A DNA stretch of 64,000 nt, taken from contig JAPLLC010000220.1 in NCBI GenBank assembly GCA_026387775.1, positions 1,203-65,202 on the forward strand, given 5' to 3'. Origin of the DNA: Candidatus Methylomirabilota bacterium (lineage in GTDB: Bacteria > Methylomirabilota > Methylomirabilia > Methylomirabilales > 2-02-FULL-66-22). Within the stretch, counting starts at the first letter, position 1. Every line of letters begins with the position of its first letter. Of the stretch, positions 24,222 to 32,484 are shown piece by piece. The notes under the pieces were generated by a model. It saw only the letters and a program-made list of their open reading frames with translations. It searched no databases and was not told the DNA's origin. Position numbers and translations under genes: made by a program.

Positions 24222-24956
24222 TCATTTCGCCCCGGGTCGCAGTGCCTCGCCTATCTCGCGCAAGGAAGCGTCCACGTTGAAGTGCCACGTGAAGGCTTCC
24301 TGGGTCCGGGGATTGAGCATCCGCATTACATCATAGGAGTGGCCCGCCTGTGACATCAGGGCTTGTCCCGTGGGCCGAAGGCCCAGAACGCGGAAGAGGG
24401 CGTACTCTTCGTCCACGCTGATCACCTCGAAGGCGGTCTCGGGGCTCTTGCCATCCCCTGAATCCAGGATCGACCGAGCCAGCCCGTTCGCGATCCATTG
24501 GTGATCATTCGCTCGATCAAGATCCCCGTGCTGACGGTAGACAATCGAAGCTACGACGTGGGCATCAATATCCACGTAGCAGAGTGCCAAGAGGGTCTGG
24601 GCCCGTTCGAGGGCGCGGTCCAGGTCCCGCCTCTGGAGAGCCTCGAGCATTTCTGATTGGAGCTTCCCCGCACGTAGCCGCCCCTGGCGCTGTTCCAGCG
24701 GGAGCTCCGCATAGGCCGCACGCACTGCACGAAACTCGAGCAGCGCATCGCGCGCCTTGGCTCGTGCCACGAGCGTCTCGTATGGTTCGGAGGCGACTCC
24801 GACCGTCCACACGATGCCCGGCGGGAGTGGGGCCTGGGACGCGGCCGCAGGCTGGGCGGCATGTGGCATTTGACGTGGGGAGGGTGTCTGCGCACTAGCG
24901 CACCCGGCGAGAAGCACAGAGAACGTTACCAGCCAACGAAGACGGATGCTCAGCAT
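24222..24956 (-). CDS. Hypothetical lipoprotein
   Basis: It has a lipobox (MLSIRLRWLVTFSVLLAGCASAQ) followed by a Pro/Ala-rich linker and a helical domain. I do not confidently recognise a family. Confidence 0.55.
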   Translation of the reverse strand: MLSIRLRWLVTFSVLLAGCASAQTPSPRQMPHAAQPAAASQAPLPPGIVWTVGVASEPYETLVARAKARDALLEFRAVRAAYAELPLEQRQGRLRAGKLQSEMLEALQRRDLDRALERAQTLLALCYVDIDAHVVASIVYRQHGDLDRANDHQWIANGLARSILDSGDGKSPETAFEVISVDEEYALFRVLGLRPTGQALMSQAGHSYDVMRMLNPRTQEAFTWHFNVDASLREIGEALRPGAK

Positions 24957-25272
24957 CCCCAGTCTCCCGTGTTCTCGGGGAAGCATCCGGGATGGGGGAG
25001 CTCGCCTCCCCCAGTCACGAATGCGCGCAGTCTACGGGATGGGCAAGAACCATGGGGCCGCGGTGCCGTATCCCCGGCCCCCGTCACACGGCCTTTCGCA
25101 GCATTCCGCCCCGCAGAGGGCCGGCGGTGTCCCTGGGGACAACGGCCTGCGGGGTCGGGTATCGGCGGCAAAGGGTCCGTCCCTGATCCCCGCCGAACTT
25201 CCGGGGCTTTGAGGAGCCACCTGTGGGCGCCGGGGTTGAGCATCGTACCAATTGCCCGCCTTGCCAGCGGGT

Positions 25273-25289
25273 TCCCATCTATAATGGGG
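25273..25289 (+). repeat. Solo copy of the family-D terminal repeat
   Basis: TATAATGGGGGACGTTG matches the first ~15 nt of the MITE terminus at 23866. No partner inverted copy was found downstream. Confidence 0.3.
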
Positions 25290-25743
25290 GACGTTGCCAA
25301 GTAAAAAAAGTCAACTACATTGCCCCCCCGAGGACATCCGCCCTCGGGGTACGGGTCAGGGATTGCGATGCGTAGTCCTGGGGGGCTGCGAGGAGGTGGC
25401 GAGAGGATACGGAGAACTCGAAAGATGGCGTCATCGCACGAGCGAATCCGCGGGCGGGCGTCCGGTGTGGAGCGCGATCTCGAACCGTCCCCATCGGGTC
25501 TCCTCCAGCGAGCGTCCCAGGGAGGTGGACTGGGTCGCAGCTTATGCGTGACCGGGTATGGCTGTCAAGCCCGGCGTCTTCCAGATGCGGGCTGCGGAGA
25601 GCGCAGCTTGCCCGCCCGTCGAGGCACCCCAGATCGGCGCTGACGCGCCTCTGAAGAGAGCTCCCCGCGAATACCGGAGCTTCCGGCGGGCCATACATCC
25701 GCCGAGCGGCTGCCCTTCGAGTGGGAGCGGACAGGGGAAGGGA

Positions 25744-26508
25744 CTAAGCCCGCAGCTCCTTGATGGCTGCCGTGGCGGCGTCCATCATCAGGCCGAAATC
25801 GTAGTTGTACATCAGCAGGCGCATCCCCCGGTCGCGCCAGACCTTCAGCGTGCCGAGATCGCCCACATGGGTGCCCGAGGGCAGCCCGCGCCGCTTCGCG
25901 GCGTCCGCCACTCGCTGGATGTACTCGGTCACCTTCGCGTGTCCGGTGTCCATCACGCCCAGCGAGACGGACAGATCCGCCGGGCCCATCAGCGCCGCGT
26001 CCACGCCGGGGACCGCCAGGATCGCATCGATGTCCTCGACCGCCTCGCGGGTCTCGATCTGGACGATCACCATGGTCTCCTGGTTGGCCTGCGCGCCGTA
26101 CTCGCCGATCGTCATCCCGCGGTAATCGGTGTTGGTGCGCGCATTCATCATTCCCCGCTCGCCCATGGGCGGGTACTTCACCGCCCGCACGATCTGCTCC
26201 ACCTGGGCGCGCGTCTTCACGCGGGGCACCATCACGCCCATGGCGCCGGCATCCAGCGTCCGCGCGATGAAGGGGTACGAGAAGTCCGGCACGCGCACGA
26301 TGGGTGTGATGCCCTCCAGTCTGGCCATCTGCATCATGTCCGAGACGGTCTCGAGGCTGTACGAGCCGTGCTCGGTGTCCAGGATGAAAAAGTCGAAGCC
26401 TGCCACGCAAAGCGCCCGCGCAATCGCCGGGGTGCGCGTGTCGCAGATCATCGTGCCGATGGCCGTGCCGTCGGATTTCAGCAACCGCTTGAGCTTGTTC
26501 TCGATCAT
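25744..26508 (-). CDS. HpcH/HpaI-family aldolase (2-keto-3-deoxy-acid aldolase)
   Basis: Family blocks are DFFILDTEHGSYSLETV, PIVRVP, GAMGVMVPRV, YPPMGERG and VQIETREAVEDIDAILAVPGVDAALMGPADLS. ATG 26508 follows GGAGAAGGAAACAGAC. The longer ORF start is an artefact. Confidence 0.85.
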   Translation of the reverse strand: MIENKLKRLLKSDGTAIGTMICDTRTPAIARALCVAGFDFFILDTEHGSYSLETVSDMMQMARLEGITPIVRVPDFSYPFIARTLDAGAMGVMVPRVKTRAQVEQIVRAVKYPPMGERGMMNARTNTDYRGMTIGEYGAQANQETMVIVQIETREAVEDIDAILAVPGVDAALMGPADLSVSLGVMDTGHAKVTEYIQRVADAAKRRGLPSGTHVGDLGTLKVWRDRGMRLLMYNYDFGLMMDAATAAIKELRA

Positions 26509-26862
26509 GTCTGTTTCCTTCTCCCCTGTGAAGCCGCGCGACGTCCTTGGGATCCCGCGCCGCGGGCGGACAGTCCACGCTCGGCCGTCGTTTGGCAGAC
26601 CGACGCGGTGGACAACCACGATCATCTTCGTGCTAGACGCATTATAGACGGCCCCCCCGAGACGACAAAGACGCAATCCCGCATTGGTCTCAAGAACAGT
26701 ACCCGCAAGATCACGGTTGCGCAGAGCGGGGCCAAGCGCATACACTCAACTCGGATCGGGCCGGGGCAGCGCGCCCCGATAGCCCTCTACCGGCGGGCAA
26801 TCGACCCTGAAGACTCTGCCTGCGGTCGGACGCCGTTCACGGCAACCATCTGGAGGAGTCAC

Positions 26863-27270
26863 ATGGTTCGGATCGATGTCGCGTATTGCGGCGGGCTTCG
26901 GTGCGAGGCGGCGCATGGACCGAGCGGCCAGAAGCTCGTCACCGATGCGCCGGTGGACAATCAGGGCAAGGGGGAGAGTTTCTCCCCGACGGACCTCGTC
27001 GCCACGGCGCTGGGCACGTGCATCTTGACCATCATGGGGATCGTGGCGGAGCGAGATAAGATTGACCTAGCCGGCATCCGGGTCAGTGTCGAGAAGGAAA
27101 TGTCCGCCGAGCCGCCCCGGCGGATCGCGAAGCTCACCACCCGCATCGTCATGCCCGGAGGGCTGACCGAGCAGCAGAAGGCCAAACTGGAGAAGGCTGC
27201 GTACACCTGCCCCGTCCACCAGACCCTGCACGGAAACGTCGAGATGCCCATCGAGTTCGCATACTCATAG
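26863..27270 (+). CDS. OsmC-family peroxiredoxin-like protein
   Basis: The 135-aa protein has FSPTDLVATALGTCILTIMG and AAYTCPVHQTL, the two conserved Cys contexts of OsmC/Ohr. A GGAGGAG RBS is present. It is the only real part of ORF 25558..27270. Confidence 0.85.
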   Translation: MVRIDVAYCGGLRCEAAHGPSGQKLVTDAPVDNQGKGESFSPTDLVATALGTCILTIMGIVAERDKIDLAGIRVSVEKEMSAEPPRRIAKLTTRIVMPGGLTEQQKAKLEKAAYTCPVHQTLHGNVEMPIEFAYS

Positions 27271-27360
27271 GCAAGACTCGTCCCGAGCGCCCTGCCAGGA
27301 CGGACCGGAGGCACGGCAGGGCGCCGTCCCTCCTTCGGGCTACATCGCCGGTCCCTTCGA

Positions 27361-27541
27361 CTAGCAGGCTGCTGAAAAACCCGCTTTCGCCCAGGCTGCT
27401 CAAAAAGGTCCAGATGCCAGGCGGCGCGCGCAGGGCCGAGTGAGGCGTACTCCAGGTACGCCGCAGCGAGTGCCCGAGCAAGCGGGGTACCCAGCCGCCG
27501 GCTGGGTCCTCGCAGATGGGCCTTTTTCAGCAGCCTGCTAG
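27361..27541. repeat. Family-A nested-palindromic repeat, copy 2 (best-preserved, 181 bp)
   Basis: CTAGCAGGCTGCTGAAAAAcccgctttcgccCAGGCTGCTCAAAAAGGTCCAGATGCC ... central hairpin GGCGTACtccagGTACGCC ... GCAGATGGGCCTTTTTCAGCAGCCTGCTAG. The last CTA is the stop codon (TAG, minus strand) of the ABC ATPase gene. Confidence 0.85.
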
Positions 27542-28263
27542 ATCAGGATCTTGCTGAGGAAAAGCTTGGTTCGCTCCTGGGTGGGAGTGCTGAAGAAGCG
27601 GTCCGCGGTGGCCTCTTCGATCTTGACGCCGTCGTCGATGAAGACCACTTTATCTGCGACCTCTTTGGCGAAGCCGATCTCGTGGGTGACCACGATCATC
27701 GTCATGCCTTCCTTGGCGAGGTCCTTCATGACGTCCAGCACTTCCTTGATCAGCTCGGGGTCGAGCGCGGAGGTCGGCTCGTCGAAGAGCATGACCTTCG
27801 GGCTCATGGCCAGCGCCCGCGCGATGGCCACGCGCTGCTGCTGCCCGCCCGACAGCCTGGAGGGATAGGCGTCAGCCTTGTCGGGCAGCCCGACCTTGAC
27901 GAGCAGCCTCCGGGCGATCTCTTCCGCCTCGGCGCGCGGTTTCTTCTGGACGTGGATCGGCGCCATGGTGATGTTCTGCAAGACCGTCCGGTGTGGGAAC
28001 AGGTTGAACTGCTGGAACACCATCCCGGTAAGCTGTCGCACCTGATGAAGCGTCTCCCGGCTGTCGTGGACCCGGACGCCGTCCACGGCGATGCTCCCGC
28101 CCTCGATCGTCTCCAGCCCGTTGATGCTGCGCAGCAGCGTGCTCTTGCCGGAGCCGCTGGGGCCGAGGATGACGACCACCTCGCCCTTGGCCACGGAAAG
28201 CGAGACCCCCTTCAGGACCTCGTGCCGACCGAATCGCTTGTGGACTTCTTCGATCTCAATCAC
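27538..28263 (-). CDS. Polar amino-acid ABC transporter, ATP-binding protein
   Basis: Walker A is GPSGSGKST, the signature is [15 protein letters not shown], and Walker B is [14 protein letters not shown] 28263 overlaps the permease stop (GTGATTGA). Confidence 0.9.
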   Translation of the reverse strand: MIEIEEVHKRFGRHEVLKGVSLSVAKGEVVVILGPSGSGKSTLLRSINGLETIEGGSIAVDGVRVHDSRETLHQVRQLTGMVFQQFNLFPHRTVLQNITMAPIHVQKKPRAEAEEIARRLLVKVGLPDKADAYPSRLSGGQQQRVAIARALAMSPKVMLFDEPTSALDPELIKEVLDVMKDLAKEGMTMIVVTHEIGFAKEVADKVVFIDDGVKIEEATADRFFSTPTQERTKLFLSKILI

Positions 28264-28912
28264 TCTTGGCCAACCTGTATTCCAGATTGCGGACCGACCA
28301 TGAGAGGGCGAACGAGAGGACGAAGTAGAACACGGCAATGGCGAGCCACACCTCGAAGGCCCGGAACGTGTTGGTCACGATGTTCTTCGCCACGTAGGTG
28401 AGGTCGCTCACCGCGATCACGGAGATGAGCGACGAATCCTTTATCAGCGTGATGAACTGCCCGGCGAGCGGCGGCAGGATCCGGCGGACCGCCTGCGGCA
28501 GGACGACCAGGAACATCGACTGCCCCTCCGTCATCCCGAGGGAGAACGCCGCCTCTCGCTGCCCTTTGTGGATGGATTGGATACCGGCCCGGATGATCTC
28601 GGTGATGTAAGCGCCCGAGAAGAACGACAGCGCGAAGACCGAGGCGACCATCGGCGACAGAGAGAAAAACACGCCCAGCCCGAAGTAGATGAACAGGATC
28701 TGGATCAGGAGGGGCGTGTTGCGGATCCACTCCACATACGTGAAGGCCAGCGCCCGCAGCATCCGGAACCGGGAGGTCTTGGCCAGCGCCCCGGCGACGC
28801 CCATCAGGGTCCCGAAGAAGATAGACAGCACGGAGACTTTGATGGTCATCTGCAGCCCGGCGAGCAGCGCAGGCCAGTACTCGAGGAGCACGGCGAAATT
28901 GAGCTTGTACAT
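28256..28912 (-). CDS. Polar amino-acid ABC transporter permease (His/Glu/Gln/Arg family)
   Basis: The 218-aa protein has an EAA-type loop ([33 protein letters not shown]) and 5 TM segments. Confidence 0.85.
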   Translation of the reverse strand: MYKLNFAVLLEYWPALLAGLQMTIKVSVLSIFFGTLMGVAGALAKTSRFRMLRALAFTYVEWIRNTPLLIQILFIYFGLGVFFSLSPMVASVFALSFFSGAYITEIIRAGIQSIHKGQREAAFSLGMTEGQSMFLVVLPQAVRRILPPLAGQFITLIKDSSLISVIAVSDLTYVAKNIVTNTFRAFEVWLAIAVFYFVLSFALSWSVRNLEYRLAKSD

Positions 28913-28920
28913 ACGTCCCG

Positions 28921-28975
28921 CCTCTAAGCCGTTGTCAAAGAATAAATGGACAAGTTATTTCGTAACGGCTCCTAA
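28921..28975. repeat. Family-B repeat, short copy
   Basis: It is the reverse complement of the two halves of 14112-14219 without the internal arm. Its CCTC end provides the GAGG Shine-Dalgarno of the permease gene. Confidence 0.65.
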
Positions 28976-28980
28976 ACACG

Positions 28981-29160
28981 AACGATGCAGTTGAACCGCA
29001 AAGCACGCAAAGGACGCAAAGAAAGAGCCGCTATTTCCAGAGAATTCCGAAGGCACCCGGTCTGGGTGGGTCGTACGATTTCCATCCGCGGTTCGAGGCC
29101 AGATCTACAGGTCCTGGCTTACCTTGCGGTCTTTGCGAGCTTTGCGGTGAAATATTCGGG
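28981..29160. mobile_element. Family-C MITE, copy 1 (180 bp) flanked by a perfect 9-bp direct repeat
   Basis: The terminal inverted repeats are built from three tandem 9-mers: ACCGCAAAG CACGCAAAG GACGCAAAG ... CCTTGCGGT CTTTGCGAG CTTTGCGGT. The flanks 28972-28980 and 29161-29169 are both CTAAACACG. It is about 85% identical by eye to 51577-51756. Confidence 0.7.
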
Positions 29161-29215
29161 CTAAACACGGCGGGGGCCGGGACGATCGTCCGGCCCCCGC
29201 CCGCAAGATCGCCTG

Positions 29216-30037
29216 TTACTTCTTCGGCGGGACGTTTTCCCACCAGGGCATATCCACGAACCAGTAGGCGTACGCCTTCTTGTACTCCCCGCTTTCCCTG
29301 TATTTCTTCAGGAAGGCATTCAGCCACGTCACCAGCTCCGGATTGCCCTTCGGCACGGCGATACCCAGGTCCTCGGTGGTGAAGGGTTCCAGGATCGCAT
29401 AGGTCTTGTCGGGGTTCATGCGCTGATAGATGGCAACCCAGGGGGGTTCGTGGACCACGGCCTGGGCCTTCCCGTTGAGCAGCTCGAGCCCCGCCAGCGC
29501 GGACCCCTCGAACTTCTTCACGGTGGCGTTCTTGAAGATCCGAGAGGCGGTCTGGTCCGCCGTCGTCCCCATGGACACGGCGATGACAAAGTCCTTCTTG
29601 TCCAGATCCTCGGGCTTCTTCACGTTCGGGACGCTCTTGTTGACCAGGAGGGCCTGCCCCGAAACAAAGTACGTGTCGGAGAAGTCCACGACCTCTTTGC
29701 GCTTGTCGGTGACCGTCATCCCGGCGATCACCAGGTCGATCTTGCTCGACTGCAGCGCAGGGATCAGGCCGGAGAAGGCGTAGTTCTGGAATTCGACCTG
29801 GACCCCCATCTCCTTGGCGATGGCCTTGGCGATATCCACGTCGAAGCCCACCAATTCGTTCTTCTTGTCCACCATCTCGAAGGGGTAGTAGCCGCTGGCG
29901 GTCCCGACCACCAGTTTGCCGTTCTTCTTGATCGCGGCGATCCCCTTGTCCTGCGCCTGAGCCGTCAACCCGCCCAGGATCCCCGTGGCCACGAAGGTCA
30001 CGAGGCACACCACAGCCACCTTTCGACGCCAGTTCAT
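29216..30037 (-). CDS. Polar amino-acid ABC transporter substrate-binding protein (family 3)
   Basis: It has a signal peptide (MNWRRKVAVVCLVTFVATGILGGLTAQA). Family-3 blocks are GFDVDIAKAIAKEMG and KIDLVIAGMTVTDKR. AGGAGG lies 6 nt upstream of ATG 30037. Confidence 0.85.
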   Translation of the reverse strand: MNWRRKVAVVCLVTFVATGILGGLTAQAQDKGIAAIKKNGKLVVGTASGYYPFEMVDKKNELVGFDVDIAKAIAKEMGVQVEFQNYAFSGLIPALQSSKIDLVIAGMTVTDKRKEVVDFSDTYFVSGQALLVNKSVPNVKKPEDLDKKDFVIAVSMGTTADQTASRIFKNATVKKFEGSALAGLELLNGKAQAVVHEPPWVAIYQRMNPDKTYAILEPFTTEDLGIAVPKGNPELVTWLNAFLKKYRESGEYKKAYAYWFVDMPWWENVPPKK

Positions 30038-30216
30038 CCAACGTCCTCCTTTCGTCGTGTCTAGAGCCTTGCGAGGCACAGAGAGATGGGAATGGGCCCA
30101 GACCGGCAGAGAATCACGAGGCCCTGAACGCCGTGAGAATCTCCCAGTTATCGGACCCTGTCAAGGGAAACGCGTCCGCGATCCCCGTCCGCCTGCGGGC
30201 GGCGGGGTTGCGCCAT

Positions 30217-32187
30217 TCATGAATAGATCGTCCCGCTCCGGAACGCGGCCCACGCCGTCTCGAACCAGGTATCGGTCGTGGGCAGCGGTCGCCGCGACAC
30301 CCACCTGCTCGTGACCGCCCCGTCCGGGGTCGCCTCCGTCTCCAGCACCCGCTCGCGGAACTCGGGGTCGGGGGGGACGAAGCTCCACTCCGGGCCCAGC
30401 CCTTCGTGCGCAGGCGTCCCGCCCGGATCCAGCACCACCGAGGAGCCACGGCTCCCGGCGCCGCTCTCCACGGCGAAGCGGATCGCCTCCAGATAGACGA
30501 GGTGGGCGAAGCAGAGCTGCCGCGTGGACCACGCCTCGGGAAGCTCCCCCTTGCCGACCCGGCAGCCGCTCGTCTGCAGGCGGCGCCACTGGTCGCGGGC
30601 CTCTTCCACCGCCTGCGCGAGATCGCTCCCCCGCCGGATGTGGGCGCCGGCCCGCGTCATGCGCTGCTGGAGCTCCCGGCGCTCTTCCCGCCAGTCGCGA
30701 CCCGCGCGACACGTGGCGCTCCAGCGCAGGGCGTCTGCCGCTGTCGCCGCCGCGGCCTGCGCAAAGCGTCCGGCTTCCAGCGTACGATCCGCATACCGCC
30801 GCGCGATGAACTCCGCGGCGCGGAATCCGCCCACCTGACCGGAATTCAAGGCGGACCCGCCCGGGCGATAGATGCCGTGGGAACCATTGACTTCCCCCAC
30901 GGGGAACAGGTGGCGGAGGTTCACCGCTTCCCACCAGTGATTCGCCGCCAGACCGCCGTTGTTGTGCTGGGCGCAGACCGCGATCTCGATCGGCTCCCGG
31001 GCGAGGTCGATCCCGTGCTTGCGGTACAGCGCGACGGCCGCCGGATTCATCGCCTGGAGCCGGCCCAGCGGCGTCTCGTGCAGGGCCTGGGACTTGGTGA
31101 GGTACGCCAGGGCCTCCGGGCTGAGATCCGCAAACGAGAAGCCCGCGCCGTTCTCCCGGTAATCCAGGAACACGCGCCGCCCCTTGACCACCGTCTCGAT
31201 GTAGACCAGGACGTCGATCAGGGACGAGCCCCCGACGATCTTCCGGGAGTCAAACGGCCACTGGTAGCCCTTCAGAAAGACCATCGAGCCCATCTCGCCC
31301 ACGGAGGCGAAAGCGTCGCGCAAAAACTCCCGCGCGTCGCTCGCCCCGTCGGCCGCGGTGCTCAGGAAGCGGGGAACCACCTGCATGTAGGTCCCCGACA
31401 CGTTCCAGCGGAACCCGATCGAGGCCAGGCCGTACTGGGACTCCGGCAGGTTCTGCGCCTGGGCACCCGCCAGCAGCGCCACCCCGATCCCGCCCGTGTG
31501 GACCTCCGGGTAGACACTGGTGTGGTACAGCCCCCCGGGGCCTCCCGTCGCGTAGACGACGTTCTCTGCCTCGTAGATCTCGAGCTGCCCGCGGCCGTTC
31601 AGGGCCAGCGCGCCCGCGGCGCGGCGCGCGCCGTCTTCCTCGACGGTGATCAGGGCGATGGCAAACCGACCCTCCCGTATCGGGATCCGAAGCCGGCCCG
31701 CCTCGCGAATCAGGGCCCGGCACATCTCCTGCGAGGTGTAGGGGCCGATCGAGGTGGCCCGCTGTCTCGGGTCGTGGTCCGTCTTGTATCCCACGAACTG
31801 CCCGTAGGCATCGGTGGGGAAGGGGACCCCCAGGGTGACGAGGTGCAGGAAGGCGCGCGCCGAAAGGCTCGCCTCGACGAGGGCGAGGTCGCCGTGCATG
31901 CTGCCGCCGGCGAAATAAGTCTCCGCCATGGCGTGGGGCGAATCCGCATCGTCGCCGCACATGGCCAGCTTGTAGTAGGTCTGCTTGTCGCTGCCCGTGT
32001 TGATCGAGGTGCCCTTGTCCAGGCCCTCGGTGAGAATCAGGACGTCGTCGACACCGTGTCGACGAAGCTGCACGGCGGCGTTCAGACCGGCGGCCCCGCT
32101 GCCGATCACGAGCGTGTGGACCCTGATGTGCGGCAGGTCGCGGCGTCGCCCGTCTGCTGTCGCCGCCGAGAGCGTGTGTCGTTCCAC
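30217..32187 (-). CDS. FAD-dependent oxidoreductase of the fumarate reductase / succinate dehydrogenase / aspartate oxidase flavoprotein superfamily (divergent, with ~200-aa C-terminal extension)
   Basis: The dinucleotide fold is VHTLVIGSGAAGLNAAVQL, followed by ATGGPGGLY. The active-site-region block AQHNNGGLA corresponds to HxxMGG, and GEVNGSHG is also present. The start is uncertain: GTG 32187 with GAGAGGGG upstream is favoured, and ATG 32340 or 32403 are possible. Confidence 0.65.
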   Translation of the reverse strand: MERHTLSAATADGRRRDLPHIRVHTLVIGSGAAGLNAAVQLRRHGVDDVLILTEGLDKGTSINTGSDKQTYYKLAMCGDDADSPHAMAETYFAGGSMHGDLALVEASLSARAFLHLVTLGVPFPTDAYGQFVGYKTDHDPRQRATSIGPYTSQEMCRALIREAGRLRIPIREGRFAIALITVEEDGARRAAGALALNGRGQLEIYEAENVVYATGGPGGLYHTSVYPEVHTGGIGVALLAGAQAQNLPESQYGLASIGFRWNVSGTYMQVVPRFLSTAADGASDAREFLRDAFASVGEMGSMVFLKGYQWPFDSRKIVGGSSLIDVLVYIETVVKGRRVFLDYRENGAGFSFADLSPEALAYLTKSQALHETPLGRLQAMNPAAVALYRKHGIDLAREPIEIAVCAQHNNGGLAANHWWEAVNLRHLFPVGEVNGSHGIYRPGGSALNSGQVGGFRAAEFIARRYADRTLEAGRFAQAAAATAADALRWSATCRAGRDWREERRELQQRMTRAGAHIRRGSDLAQAVEEARDQWRRLQTSGCRVGKGELPEAWSTRQLCFAHLVYLEAIRFAVESGAGSRGSSVVLDPGGTPAHEGLGPEWSFVPPDPEFRERVLETEATPDGAVTSRWVSRRPLPTTDTWFETAWAAFRSGTIYS

Positions 32188-32484
32188 GCAGGCTGCCCCT
32201 CTCTGCTGCCGGTCGGCCGGAGGTGGAGCCGGCCCTGTCACTGCGGGGGACGGACTCCGTGGCTCGCATTGAGCCCGCGCCGTCCGGTTTTCGGTCGCTG
32301 AGTGGAAATATCGCGGCGCTTCTCGAGACCCGGAAGGCATCGAAAGATCGCGGGGGATCCCCCCAAAGAAGGCGAGGGCAGGATGGCGCAGCGAAGAGAT
32401 CATGTCAAGGGGAACCCGGTCGACAGGCAGGGGAGGTCACGTTCTCCGGACCGCCGCCGCCGGGCGGGGCTCGGTCGTCCCGGA

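Noticed and set aside
25315-25698. 127-aa minus-strand ORF in the long non-coding gap
   Set aside because: It has no RBS, no motif and a composition typical of random high-GC frames. I kept the region as a non-coding gap finding instead.
25558-27270. 570-aa plus-strand ORF
   Set aside because: Only the last 135 codons (the OsmC gene, with its own GGAGGAG RBS) are credible. The rest is antisense to the HpcH aldolase gene.
28990-29025. Tandem 9-bp CGCAAAG units considered as a possible mini-CRISPR or tandem-repeat array
   Set aside because: There are only three units with no spacers, and they are mirrored by the complementary array at the other end of a 180-bp element. They are terminal inverted repeats of a MITE, not a CRISPR.
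29075-29105. tRNA-like T-arm sequence (GGTTCGAGGCC) inside the family-C MITE
   Set aside because: No acceptor stem, D-arm or anticodon arm can be drawn around it. The second copy has GGTCCGAGGCC. I found no cloverleaf anywhere in the window.
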